Origin: Geoalkalibacter sp.
GTDB taxonomy: Bacteria; Desulfobacterota; Desulfuromonadia; Desulfuromonadales; Geoalkalibacteraceae
Reading direction: 5' to 3'
DNA length: 64,000 nt
Assembly: GCF_030604225.1 (NCBI RefSeq)
Contig: NZ_JAUVWH010000001.1
Location: 8,413 to 72,412, forward strand
Below the pieces are notes generated by a model that saw only the letters and a program-made list of their open reading frames with translations, did no database searches and was not told the DNA's origin. Numbering within the stretch: the first letter of the stretch is position 1; each line of letters begins with the position of its first letter. This document shows, one piece after another, positions 1-12,712 of the stretch. The position numbers and the translations under genes are program-made.

Positions 1-111
1 AGCTACGTGGCCGACGGTGCGCAGAGCGTGATTCTCGATCAGGTGGAAAACGGCGTGGCGGTGCGCATGGCCCTGCTGTACCTGGTGCTGGGCGGCGAGC
101 AGGCGCAGTAA
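1..111 (+). CDS. pyrB: aspartate carbamoyltransferase catalytic subunit, C-terminal fragment (5' end outside window)
   Basis: Frame 1 is open from base 1 to TAA at 109-111 (...[28 protein letters not shown]). The position directly upstream of pyrC-carAB fits ATCase. Only 36 aa are visible. Confidence 0.55.
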   Translation, partial: SYVADGAQSVILDQVENGVAVRMALLYLVLGGEQAQ

Positions 112-140
112 ACCTATTCAATCCCTAGGAGACCCTATCC

Positions 141-1412
141 ATGAAAATTCTTATCTCTGGCGGCAGAGTGCTTGACCCGACCCACGGCATTGACGACCAA
201 CTGGATCTGCTCATCGACAACGGCCGCATCAGCCATCTGGGCAAAAACCTCCAGGCCGAGGGGGCCCAGGTTATCGACGCGCGCGGCAAGCTGGTGACGC
301 CGGGATTGATCGATCTGCACGTTCATCTGCGTGATCCCGGCCAGGAGTACAAGGAAGACATCGTCAGCGGCACCCGCGCGGCGGTTGCCGGGGGCTTTAC
401 CGCCGTGGCCTGCATGCCCAACACCAAGCCGGTCAACGACAGCAAGAGCGTCACCCGCTATATCCTCGCCAAGGCCGCCGCCGAGGGCTTCTGCCACGTG
501 CTGCCGGTGGGCTCCATCACCCAGGGCAGCAAGGGCGAGGCTCTCGCGGAGATGGGCGACATGAAGGAAGCGGGCTGCGTCGGCTTTTCCGACGACGGCC
601 ATCCCGTCGCCAGCGGCGAGCTCATGCGCCGCGCCCTGGAATATTCGCGGCCCTTCGGCGTGCCCATCATCGCTCATGCGGAAGATCTCGATCTGGTGGG
701 GCAGGGGGTGATGAACGAGGGCTTCGTCGCCACCGAACTGGGGCTCAAGGGCATTCCTTGGGTGGCGGAAGCGGCCCCCATCGCCCGCGATGTGATGCTG
801 GCCGAGTTTACCGGCGGGCATCTGCATGTGGCTCACGTCTCCTGCGGCGCGGCGGTGGAAATCATCCGTGCCGCGAAAAAACGCGGCGTGCGCGTGACCT
901 GCGAGGCGGCGCCTCATCACTTCACCCTGACCGACGAGGCGGTGCGCGGCTACAACACCAACGCCAAGATGAATCCGCCCCTGCGCTCGGCCGAGGACGT
1001 GGCCGCCATCCGCGCCGGCCTGGCCGACGGTACCATCGACGCCATTGCCACGGATCATGCGCCGCACCACATCGACGAGAAAAACGTCGAGTTCAACATC
1101 GCCTTCAACGGCATCGTCGGTCTGGAAACGGCTCTGCCCCTGACCCTGCGCCTGGTGGCCGACGGCGTGCTGTCACTCTGCGACGCCATCGCCAAGCTCA
1201 CCATCAATCCGGCCCGGATCCTTGGCCTGGAGAGCGGCACCCTGGAAGTTGGCCGCGTGGCCGACGTCACGGTCATCGACCCGGAGCTCAAATGGACGGT
1301 GGAGGCCCAGAAACTCGTATCCAAGAGCAAGAACACGCCTTTCGACGGCTGGAAGATGGTTGGCGCCGCCACCCACACCCTCGTCGCCGGGCGCATCAGC
1401 TATCAACGCTAA
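141..1412 (+). CDS. pyrC: dihydroorotase
   Basis: 423-aa ORF with AGGAG (127-131) upstream of the ATG. Motifs [11 protein letters not shown] and ATDHAPH are typical of amidohydrolase-type dihydroorotase. It lies between pyrB and carA. Confidence 0.9.
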   Translation: MKILISGGRVLDPTHGIDDQLDLLIDNGRISHLGKNLQAEGAQVIDARGKLVTPGLIDLHVHLRDPGQEYKEDIVSGTRAAVAGGFTAVACMPNTKPVNDSKSVTRYILAKAAAEGFCHVLPVGSITQGSKGEALAEMGDMKEAGCVGFSDDGHPVASGELMRRALEYSRPFGVPIIAHAEDLDLVGQGVMNEGFVATELGLKGIPWVAEAAPIARDVMLAEFTGGHLHVAHVSCGAAVEIIRAAKKRGVRVTCEAAPHHFTLTDEAVRGYNTNAKMNPPLRSAEDVAAIRAGLADGTIDAIATDHAPHHIDEKNVEFNIAFNGIVGLETALPLTLRLVADGVLSLCDAIAKLTINPARILGLESGTLEVGRVADVTVIDPELKWTVEAQKLVSKSKNTPFDGWKMVGAATHTLVAGRISYQR

Positions 1413-1429
1413 CAAGGAGTCCGCAGAGC

Positions 1430-2566
1430 ATGAAAGCCATTCTGGCCCTGGCCGACGGCAGGGTGTTTCACGGCCGGGCATTCGGTGCAAGTGGTGAGGT
1501 CACCGGCGAAGTGGTGTTCAACACCAGCATGACCGGGTATCAGGAAATTCTCACCGATCCGTCCTATCGCGGCGAGATTGTCGCCATGACTTATCCGCAG
1601 ATCGGCAACTATGGCATCAACCTGGAAGACGTGGAATCCTCGCGCCCCTTCCTGGCCGGCTTCATTGTCAAGGAAGCCTGCGAATTCCCGAGCAACTGGC
1701 GCTCGCGCATGAGCCTCGATGCCTATCTCAAGGAAAACGGCGTGGTCGGCATCCAGGGCATCGACACCCGCGCCCTGGTGCGGCATATCCGCGATAAGGG
1801 CGCGCAGACCGGCATCATCAGCTCCGTCGATCTCGACCCGGCGCGCCTGGTGGAAAAGGCGCGCCAGGCGCCGTCCATCGTCGGGCGCGACCTGGTGCGC
1901 GAAGTGACCTGCGACCAGCCCTATCACTGGAGCGAAGGTCCCTGGCGCCTCGGCGAAGGCTACCTGAGCGCCGAACAGGCACCGCGCTACAAGGTGGTGG
2001 CCTATGACTTCGGCATCAAGCGCAACATCCTGCGCAAGCTGGTGGCCTCGGGCTGCGACGTGACGGTGGTGCCCGCCGACACTCCGGCGGAAAAGGTGCT
2101 GGCCATGAATCCCGACGGGGTGTTTCTCAGCAACGGCCCCGGCGATCCCGAACCCATCGTCTATGCCCAGGAGAACATCCGCAAGATCCTGGGGAAAAAG
2201 CCGGTGTTCGGCATCTGCCTCGGCCATCAGCTGCTGTCCCTGGCCCTGGGCGGTAAAACCTACAAGCTCAAGTTCGGCCATCGCGGCGGCAACCAGCCGG
2301 TGCAGCGCGGCGACGACGGGCGCGTGGAGATCACCGCGCAGAACCATGGCTTCGCCGTGGATGCCGCGTCTCTTCAAGATGATGCCATCCAGACCCACAC
2401 CAACCTCAACGACAACACGGTGGAGGGCCTGGAGCACAAGCTGCTGCCGGCCTTCTCCGTGCAGTATCATCCCGAGGCCTCGCCCGGGCCCCACGATGCC
2501 GCCTATCTGTTCGAGAAGTTCACGCGCATGATGGACAGGGCAAAAGCCGAAGAAGGAAAAAACTAA
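1430..2566 (+). CDS. carA: carbamoyl-phosphate synthase small (glutaminase) subunit
   Basis: In-frame ATG at 1430 inside tracked ORF 758..2566, preceded by AAGGAG (1414-1419). N-terminus [15 protein letters not shown]; GATase motifs GICLGHQLL and [11 protein letters not shown]. Confidence 0.93.
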   Translation: MKAILALADGRVFHGRAFGASGEVTGEVVFNTSMTGYQEILTDPSYRGEIVAMTYPQIGNYGINLEDVESSRPFLAGFIVKEACEFPSNWRSRMSLDAYLKENGVVGIQGIDTRALVRHIRDKGAQTGIISSVDLDPARLVEKARQAPSIVGRDLVREVTCDQPYHWSEGPWRLGEGYLSAEQAPRYKVVAYDFGIKRNILRKLVASGCDVTVVPADTPAEKVLAMNPDGVFLSNGPGDPEPIVYAQENIRKILGKKPVFGICLGHQLLSLALGGKTYKLKFGHRGGNQPVQRGDDGRVEITAQNHGFAVDAASLQDDAIQTHTNLNDNTVEGLEHKLLPAFSVQYHPEASPGPHDAAYLFEKFTRMMDRAKAEEGKN

Positions 2567-2567
2567 C

Positions 2568-5825
<3,258 letters not shown>

Positions 5826-5861
5826 AGATTTTGAGCACTCAACAGCAGTCTTGCTTGATAC

Positions 5862-5890
5862 GGGCGGGGTCAACCCCCGCCCTTAGCTTT
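5862..5890 (+). terminator. putative intrinsic terminator after carB
   Basis: GGGCGGGG (5862-5869) pairs with CCCCGCCC (5875-5882) around a 5-nt loop, followed by TTAGCTTTT. Confidence 0.5.
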
Positions 5891-5916
5891 TGTCCAACGA
5901 GAAGGAAACGGTTTTC

Positions 5917-6393
5917 ATGACGCAAAGCATCCCCATGACCCGTGAAGGTTATCAGCGCCTTCAAGAGGAACTGAAGAAACTCATTCGGGAGGACCGCCCC
6001 AAGGTCGTGCAGGACATTGCCGAGGCGCGCGGCCACGGCGATCTGTCGGAGAATGCCGAGTACGATGCCGCCAAGGAGCGCCAGGCCTTTATCGAAGGGC
6101 GCATTCAGGAAATCAACGACAAGCTCTCGCGCGCCCAAGTGATCAACCCGGCGGAGCTGGACACGGACAAGGTGGTGTTCGGCGCGCGGGTAACGCTCTT
6201 CGACGTGGATTCGGGCAACGAAGTGACCTATCAGATCGTCGGTGAGGACGAGGCCGATCTCAAATTCGGCAAGATTTCCGTGACCTCGCCGGTGGGCAAG
6301 GCCTTGATCGGTCACAAGCTCGACGAGGAAGTGACCGTGAAAATTCCCTCGGGCCTCAAGACCTACGAAATCATCGACATCAAGTACGAATAA
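5917..6393 (+). CDS. greA: transcription elongation factor GreA
   Basis: ATG at 5917 (in frame within tracked ORF 5890..6393) follows GAAGGAAA. MTREGYQRLQEELKKL...RGHGDLSENAEYDAAKE is the classic GreA coiled-coil N-terminus. Confidence 0.93.
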   Translation: MTQSIPMTREGYQRLQEELKKLIREDRPKVVQDIAEARGHGDLSENAEYDAAKERQAFIEGRIQEINDKLSRAQVINPAELDTDKVVFGARVTLFDVDSGNEVTYQIVGEDEADLKFGKISVTSPVGKALIGHKLDEEVTVKIPSGLKTYEIIDIKYE

Positions 6394-6423
6394 GAGCCGG
6401 CTTTTTTGTCAAACGGATTCACC

Positions 6424-6447
6424 AGGCCCGATTCTTGGGCCTTTTTT
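6424..6447 (+). terminator. putative intrinsic terminator after greA
   Basis: AGGCCC-gattctt-GGGCCT hairpin followed by TTTTTT. Confidence 0.55.
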
Positions 6448-6533
6448 CGTTTTGGGCTGTAAAGTTCCTTGGTTTCGCCCCCCGTCTTGGGGTACTATCC
6501 AAGGCTTGAATAAACTTATTTTACGGAGTCGAC

Positions 6534-6749
6534 ATGAGCCAGACCATCACCAAGGACATGACCTTTTTCCAAATCCTCAAGATGCATCCCGATGTCGCCA
6601 AGGTTCTCGGCCGCTACAACATGGGCTGCGTCGGCTGCATGGGTGCCATGAACGAAAGGTTGGAGCAGGGGGCCATGGCGCACGGCATCAGCATCGATGA
6701 CCTGCTGCGCGACCTCAACGCCATCTTCGAAGGCGCCTCGCCTCAGTAA
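6534..6749 (+). CDS. DUF1858-type small CxxC protein (hybrid-cluster-protein-associated redox disulfide domain family)
   Basis: 71-aa ORF: ...ITKDMTFFQILKMHPDVAKVLGRYNMGCVGCMG...GISIDDLLRDLN. It has a paralog at 41006..41203 and ends 12 nt before the recG start. Confidence 0.7.
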   Translation: MSQTITKDMTFFQILKMHPDVAKVLGRYNMGCVGCMGAMNERLEQGAMAHGISIDDLLRDLNAIFEGASPQ

Positions 6750-6761
6750 AGGGGAGGGCAG

Positions 6762-8912
6762 ATGCCCCCAACCCCGACCTACCAACGCAGTCGGCAACTG
6801 CTTGCCACTCCCCTGACGCACATCAGGGGAGTGGGACCGCGCTTGTTGCAAATCCTCGAAAAAGCCGGCCTCAAGACCGTCGAAGACGCCCTTTACCATC
6901 TGCCCCATCGCTATGAGGATCGCCGCGAGATGCGCCGCATCGCCCAGTTGCGCGACGGCCGCCAGGAAGTCTTCGTCGGCGAGGTCCTGGCCAGCGGTGA
7001 GACCCTGACCTCTCGAACCCGCAAGCGACTCTATGAAGTCGTGGTCGGCGACGGCAGCGGTCAGGTGTCCCTCAAGTGGTTTCATTACCGCAAGGAATGG
7101 CTGAAAAAACGCTTTCCCATCGGCGCGCGCGCCGTGTTCACCGGTGAAGTCAAGCGCTTCGGCGCGGTGCGAGAAATTCACCACCCCGATGCGGAACTGC
7201 TCGGCGACAAGACCCTGGAACAGGTCGTGGCCGAGGACCCTCTGAGTTTTGGCCGCATCCTGCCGGTCTATCCTCTCACCGAAGGCCTGTCGCAAAAAGT
7301 CGCCCGCAAGATTTTCAAGCAAATCATCGACGAATTCGCGCCCAGCGCCGTATCGCCCGTCCCCGCCGATATTCTGCGCAAGCATCAGTTCCCGCCCCTG
7401 GCCGAAGCCCTGCGCGACTGTCATTGGCCGGAACATCCAGGGCCGGATTTCGATCTGGACGGTGGAGCGAGCCGTCCCCGTTCCGCGCTGGTCTATGATG
7501 AGTTCTTTTTCCTCGAATTGGGACTGGCCCTCAAGCGCCGGGGCGTGGTTCTCGAACCAGGCATCGCCTTTGCCGTCACCCATAAATACACCCGTCCCCT
7601 GGCGGGGATGCTGCCCTATCGCCTGACCGACGCCCAGCGCCGGGTTCTCGGAGAAATCAAGGCGGACATGATGGCGCCCCATCCCATGAACCGCCTGGTG
7701 CAGGGCGATGTCGGCAGCGGCAAGACCATCGTTGCCCTCATGGCGGCGCTCATCGCCATTGAAAATCAGACCCAGGTCGCGGTCATCGCCCCCACGGAAA
7801 TTCTTGCCGAGCAACACTTTCTGCAATTTCACGGGTGGTTGGACAAACTTGGGTTGCGCGCCCTGCTGCTGTCGGGTTCACTCAGCGCCAAGGACAAGGC
7901 CGAGGCCCAAGCCCGGATCAAGGCAGGGGAGGCGGATCTGGTGGTCGGTACCCACGCGGTGCTCCAGGAGGGCGTGGAATTCAAGCGCCTGGGGCTCGGC
8001 ATCATCGACGAGCAGCACCGCTTCGGCGTGCTCCAGCGCGGCTTGCTGCGCCATAAGGGCGAAAACCCCGATATTCTGGTCATGACGGCGACACCCATTC
8101 CCCGCACCCTGTCTCTCACGCTGTACGGAGACCTTGCCCTGTCGGTCATCGACGAGCTGCCGCCCGGACGCACGCCCATCCAGACCCGGGTGCTCCCGGA
8201 GAACCGCCGGCAAGAAGGTTATCGTCTCATTAGAAAAGAGCTGGAGCAGGGCAGGCAGGCCTATCTCGTCTATCCCTTGGTGGAAGAGTCGGAAAAAAGC
8301 GATCTGTTGGCGGCGACAGCCGCCATGGAAAGCTTGCGCAAGGATATCTTTCCCGATCGCCGCCTCGGCCTGCTGCATGGACGCCTCAAGCCCCAGGAAA
8401 AGGAGGCGGTCATGACCGCCTTCAAAAACCGCGAGATCGATCTTCTGGTCGCCACCACGGTCATCGAAGTGGGTATCGATGTTCCCAACGCCAGCGTCAT
8501 GATGGTGGAGCATGCCGAGCGCTTCGGTCTGGCCCAACTGCATCAGTTGCGCGGCCGGGTGGGTCGCGGCGCCCAGCAGAGTTATTGTCTGCTGATGCAG
8601 TCGATTCGTTGCAGCGAGGATGGCCGACGGCGGCTGGAGGTCATGGCTGAAACCAACGATGGATTCCGCATCGCCGAGGCCGATCTCGAAATCCGCGGCC
8701 CGGGGGAATTCCTCGGCACTCGGCAGGCCGGCCTGCCGGATTTTCGCGTCGCCAATCTCCTGCGCGACGGCCGCATCCTGGAACTGGCTCGCACGGAAGC
8801 CTTCCGCCTGGCGCAGGATCCCGCATTTCTCACCGCAACCCAATACGCCGAAACCCGTCAGGCGCTCCTAGACCGCTGGGGCAGTCGCCTCGAACTCGCC
8901 AGCATCGGCTGA
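6762..8912 (+). CDS. recG: ATP-dependent DNA helicase RecG
   Basis: 716 aa. Wedge-domain N-terminus, Walker A GDVGSGKT, DEQHRFGV, and C-terminal TRG-like ...GPGEFLGTRQAGLPDFRVANL. Confidence 0.95.
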   Translation: MPPTPTYQRSRQLLATPLTHIRGVGPRLLQILEKAGLKTVEDALYHLPHRYEDRREMRRIAQLRDGRQEVFVGEVLASGETLTSRTRKRLYEVVVGDGSGQVSLKWFHYRKEWLKKRFPIGARAVFTGEVKRFGAVREIHHPDAELLGDKTLEQVVAEDPLSFGRILPVYPLTEGLSQKVARKIFKQIIDEFAPSAVSPVPADILRKHQFPPLAEALRDCHWPEHPGPDFDLDGGASRPRSALVYDEFFFLELGLALKRRGVVLEPGIAFAVTHKYTRPLAGMLPYRLTDAQRRVLGEIKADMMAPHPMNRLVQGDVGSGKTIVALMAALIAIENQTQVAVIAPTEILAEQHFLQFHGWLDKLGLRALLLSGSLSAKDKAEAQARIKAGEADLVVGTHAVLQEGVEFKRLGLGIIDEQHRFGVLQRGLLRHKGENPDILVMTATPIPRTLSLTLYGDLALSVIDELPPGRTPIQTRVLPENRRQEGYRLIRKELEQGRQAYLVYPLVEESEKSDLLAATAAMESLRKDIFPDRRLGLLHGRLKPQEKEAVMTAFKNREIDLLVATTVIEVGIDVPNASVMMVEHAERFGLAQLHQLRGRVGRGAQQSYCLLMQSIRCSEDGRRRLEVMAETNDGFRIAEADLEIRGPGEFLGTRQAGLPDFRVANLLRDGRILELARTEAFRLAQDPAFLTATQYAETRQALLDRWGSRLELASIG

Positions 8913-9047
8913 CGCACCTGCTTGCCCTCATCAATTTTCGCAATCAAAAAGTTTACATAATATATCTTATGCGACGTTATGGGTTTTACCCTTTGGGGCA
9001 GGAGCAAGGCGGCCGGCTCCCCTGCTTGCGTTCCGAATAAACCGGGC

Positions 9048-9605
9048 TCAGCGATACTGACTGAGGTATTGCTTGACGCGGGTAACGTAGGTGCGGGTTT
9101 CTTCAAAGGGAGGAATGCCGCCATAGCGGCGCACATTGTTGGGGCCGGCGTTGTAGGCGGCCAAGGCCAACTCCAGGTCGCCGTTGAACTCGTCGAGCAT
9201 CATGCGCAGATACTGGGTGCCGCCGCGGATGTTTTCCTCGGGATCGGTCAGATTCCCGACATCCAGGTACCGCGCCGTATCGGGCATGAGCTGCATCAAA
9301 CCTACCGCGCCCTTGCGCGAGACGACCTTGGGGTTAAAATTGCTCTCGGCGCGGATCACTGCATGCACCAAGGCCTCTTCCAAGTCAAAAAGCGCGGCGT
9401 AACGGCGCACGATATCCTTGACGCCCACATGCTCCATGTTTTCCTTGCGGAAAAACCTATAGTTGGATTGGGTCGGAACATTGGTGAAATGCACGACGCC
9501 GTTGGCATCGATATAACGATAAATGTCAGCCCTGCCCTGCACCGGCACCAGCAGCAGGGTTAAGAATATCGGCAGGAAAAGATAGGAAGAGCTTGCCTTC
9601 TTCAT
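9048..9605 (-). CDS. lytic transglycosylase (SLT domain) with DUF4124-like N-terminal region
   Basis: Signal peptide MKKASSSYLFLPIFLTLLLVPVQG, then DIYRYIDANGVVHFTNVP, then the catalytic motif AVIRAESNFNPKVVSRKGAVGLMQLMP. Confidence 0.85.
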   Translation of the reverse strand: MKKASSSYLFLPIFLTLLLVPVQGRADIYRYIDANGVVHFTNVPTQSNYRFFRKENMEHVGVKDIVRRYAALFDLEEALVHAVIRAESNFNPKVVSRKGAVGLMQLMPDTARYLDVGNLTDPEENIRGGTQYLRMMLDEFNGDLELALAAYNAGPNNVRRYGGIPPFEETRTYVTRVKQYLSQYR

Positions 9606-9848
9606 GAGAGAAAAACCTCGAAGTTCGTCACTGTATCTGAAAGTAACTAAAATTTCAATGACTTTAGCTACGTCAAAAAACTTGACAAGGTCTCTTGCCG
9701 CTTTTCATAATGGCGCGTTGCCTCTTTCGACCTCCCGTCCGCCAGGACTTTCGCAACGGACAATCGCCGACCTGAGGTGTTTTTTCTTGCAGGATTCGCG
9801 CCCGACCATCCACTCCTTTCATTCGTCCTTGCGTGGGAGACTTTCCCA

Positions 9849-11447
9849 ATGAAGATCACTTCGGATTTTTTGATCATCGGCAGCGGCATCGCCGGCCTGT
9901 CCTTTGCGCTCAAGGTCGCGGAGCATGGCCGAGTCGCCCTGGTTACCAAGCGTGAACTCGCCGATTCGGCCACCAACATGGCCCAGGGCGGAATCGCCTC
10001 GGTCTTTGCCCCGGAAGACTCCTTTGCCAAGCACATCGAGGACACCATGGTGGCCGGCGCCCAACTGTCCCATCCCGAAGTGGTGCGCATGGTCATCGAA
10101 GGGGGGCCCCAGGCCATTCAAAATCTCATCGACTGGGGCGTGGAATTCACCCGCAAGGCCGACCAGAGCTATGACCTGCACCGCGAGGGCGGCCACAGCG
10201 AACGGCGCATCTTCCACGTGCAGGATGTGACGGGCCGCGAAATCGAACGGGCCCTCATCGAAGCCGTTCGGCAACACCCCAACATCCAAATTTTCGAGAA
10301 CCATATCGCCGTCGATCTCATCACCGAGGCCAAGGCCCTGCACCGCCGGATGAATCCCAACCGCTGCCTGGGCGCCTATATTCTGGACATCGCCAACAAC
10401 GAAGTTCTGACCTTTGGTGCCCGTTTCACAATTCTCGCCACCGGCGGCTGCGGCAAGGTTTACCGCTACACTTGCAATCCCGACGTGGCCACCGGCGACG
10501 GACTGGCCATGGCCTACCGGGCGGGCGCGGCCATCGCCAACATGGAATTCATGCAGTTTCACCCCACCACGCTTTATCATCCCCATGCCAAGTCGTTCCT
10601 CATTTCCGAGGCGGTGCGCGGCGAGGGCGCGATCCTGCGGCGCAAGGACGGCACCGCCTTCATGGAGAACTATCATCCCCTGAAGGATCTGGCGCCGCGC
10701 GACATCGTGGCGCGCGCCATCGACAATGAAATGAAGGTCCATGGCGATGACTGCGTGTTTCTCGACATCACCCACAAGGGTGCTGAATTCATCCGCGGCC
10801 ACTTCCCCAACATTTCCGAGACCTGCCTCTCCTACGGCATCGACATGACCACCGAGCCTATCCCGGTGGTGCCGGCCGCGCATTATCTGTGCGGTGGCGT
10901 GCAGACCGACACCTGGGGCGAAACCTGCATCGTCAACCTCTTCGCCATCGGCGAAGTGGCCTGCACGGGTCTCCACGGTGCCAATCGCCTAGCCAGCAAC
11001 AGTCTTCTCGAAGGCGTGGTCTACGCCGAACGCTGCGCCAAGGTCTGCCTGGAACGGCTCACCGAGCCGGCCGTCCCCTTCCCTCCCATTGCCGCCTGGG
11101 ATAGCGGCTCGGCGCGCAACAGCGACGAAGAGGTGGTGGTCGCCCACAACTGGGATGAAATTCGCCTGTCCATGTGGAATTATGTCGGCATCGTGCGCTC
11201 CACCAAGCGCCTGGTGCGCGCCCATCGCCGAATTCAGATGATTCAGGAAGAAATCGCCGACTATTACTGGGATTTCTTCATCACCTCCGATCTCATCGAA
11301 TTGCGCAACATCGCCACCGTCGCCGAACTCATCATCCGCTGTGCCCTGGAGCGCAAGGAAAGTCGCGGTCTGCACTACACCATCGATTTTCCGCAGACCG
11401 ACGACATTCACTGGAAAAAAGACACGGTGATCCGCAAAACCTATTGA
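9849..11447 (+). CDS. nadB: L-aspartate oxidase
   Basis: ATG at 9849, in frame within tracked ORF 9777..11447. FAD motif DFLIIGSGIAGLSFA, SEAVRGEGAILR, and GLHGANRLASNSLLE. Confidence 0.93.
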   Translation: MKITSDFLIIGSGIAGLSFALKVAEHGRVALVTKRELADSATNMAQGGIASVFAPEDSFAKHIEDTMVAGAQLSHPEVVRMVIEGGPQAIQNLIDWGVEFTRKADQSYDLHREGGHSERRIFHVQDVTGREIERALIEAVRQHPNIQIFENHIAVDLITEAKALHRRMNPNRCLGAYILDIANNEVLTFGARFTILATGGCGKVYRYTCNPDVATGDGLAMAYRAGAAIANMEFMQFHPTTLYHPHAKSFLISEAVRGEGAILRRKDGTAFMENYHPLKDLAPRDIVARAIDNEMKVHGDDCVFLDITHKGAEFIRGHFPNISETCLSYGIDMTTEPIPVVPAAHYLCGGVQTDTWGETCIVNLFAIGEVACTGLHGANRLASNSLLEGVVYAERCAKVCLERLTEPAVPFPPIAAWDSGSARNSDEEVVVAHNWDEIRLSMWNYVGIVRSTKRLVRAHRRIQMIQEEIADYYWDFFITSDLIELRNIATVAELIIRCALERKESRGLHYTIDFPQTDDIHWKKDTVIRKTY

Positions 11448-11475
11448 GCCTAGCGGCATCGCACGGGAGCAAGCC

Positions 11476-11748
11476 ATGGATATCAGCGACATTCGCAAGC
11501 AGATTGACGATCTCGATGACAGGTTGCTGAAAATTTTCAATCAGCGAGCGCAACTCGCCCTGGAAATCGGCCACCACAAAAAAAAGCACGGTTTGCCGGT
11601 CTACGATCCCGAGCGGGAAAAGAAGATTTTTGAGCGGATGAAGGCGGCCAATCCCGGCCCCCTCGACGACGGCGCCATCGTGCGGCTGTTCGAGCGCGTC
11701 ATCGACGAGTCGCGCAGCCTGGAGCGCATCAGAACGAAAGGGATCTGA
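11476..11748 (+). CDS. chorismate mutase (AroQ class, stand-alone)
   Basis: 90 aa. ...IRKQIDDLDDRLLKIFNQRAQLALEIGHHKK...VYDPEREKKIFERM is the typical AroQ helix pattern. GGGAG lies 6 nt upstream. Confidence 0.85.
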   Translation: MDISDIRKQIDDLDDRLLKIFNQRAQLALEIGHHKKKHGLPVYDPEREKKIFERMKAANPGPLDDGAIVRLFERVIDESRSLERIRTKGI

Positions 11749-11750
11749 GA

Positions 11751-11960
11751 ATGCTGATTGTCATGAAGAGATCCGCCGGCGAGACGGACATGCGTGGGGT
11801 GAAGCAGTATCTGGTCGAGCGCGATTTTGATTTCCACCAGTCCACCGGCGCCAACCGCACGATTATCGGCGTCATCGGCGAAACCCAGACGATCGATCGC
11901 CAGGAACTCCGCAGCCTGCCGGGGGTGCTGGAAGTGTTCAAGATTCCTGAGGAAGAATGA
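11751..11960 (+). CDS. stand-alone ferredoxin-like/ACT-like domain resembling the N-terminal regulatory domain of type I-beta DAHP synthase
   Basis: 69 aa, starting 2 nt after the chorismate mutase stop. MLIVMKRSAGETDMRGVKQYL...HQSTGANRTIIGVIGETQTID...LPGVLEVFKI follows the beta-alpha-beta-beta-alpha-beta pattern I recall for the Thermotoga-type DAHPS N-domain. No catalytic barrel follows. Confidence 0.6.
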   Translation: MLIVMKRSAGETDMRGVKQYLVERDFDFHQSTGANRTIIGVIGETQTIDRQELRSLPGVLEVFKIPEEE

Positions 11961-11989
11961 AAAGGCCGCCCTGTTGGGGCAGCCTTTTG
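11960..11989. terminator. putative bidirectional terminator between convergent genes
   Basis: AAAGGCcGCCC / GGGCaGCCTTT hairpin with A-run and T-run flanks, between the 69-aa ORF (+) and pyrE (-). Confidence 0.45.
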
Positions 11990-12024
11990 TCATTGGTCCT
12001 TGGTCATTTGTCCTTGGTAAAAAT

Positions 12025-12582
<558 letters not shown>

Positions 12583-12614
12583 GAAAAATCCTCCTGTTGA
12601 AAAAATCAAAATCA

Positions 12615-12703
12615 TTGGGACGCGGATTTTCAGGATAACCGCGGATTGACCTTAAGTGAAAATCCGCCCTGATCCCGCCTTTTCCGCGTTCATCCGCGTC
12701 CAA
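12615..12703. repeat. nested palindromic intergenic element (GCGGAT-arm family), copy 1
   Basis: Outer arms TTGGGACGCGGAT (12615-12627) / ATCCGCGTCCAA (12692-12703). Inner arms GCGGATT (12641-12647) / AATCCGC (12661-12667). Same termini and design as the copy at 19477-19590. Confidence 0.7.
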
Positions 12704-12712
12704 CGGTTTGGC

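Noticed and set aside
758-1429. 5' extensions of tracked ORFs. Examples: 758..2566 (carA), 24786..27377 (RPH-like), 20555.. (gap), 19610..20623 (MBL hydrolase), 35884.. (yhbY), 39852.. (rsmD).
   Set aside because: The extensions overlap upstream genes or promoter DNA and are Arg/Pro-rich nonsense. Family-typical N-termini with SD sequences occur at internal in-frame starts.
11990-12024. Direct repeat GTCATTGGTCCTTG / GTCATTTGTCCTTG downstream of pyrE.
   Set aside because: There are only two imperfect 14-nt copies in a convergent 3' region, adjacent to a better terminator hairpin. There is no evidence for function.
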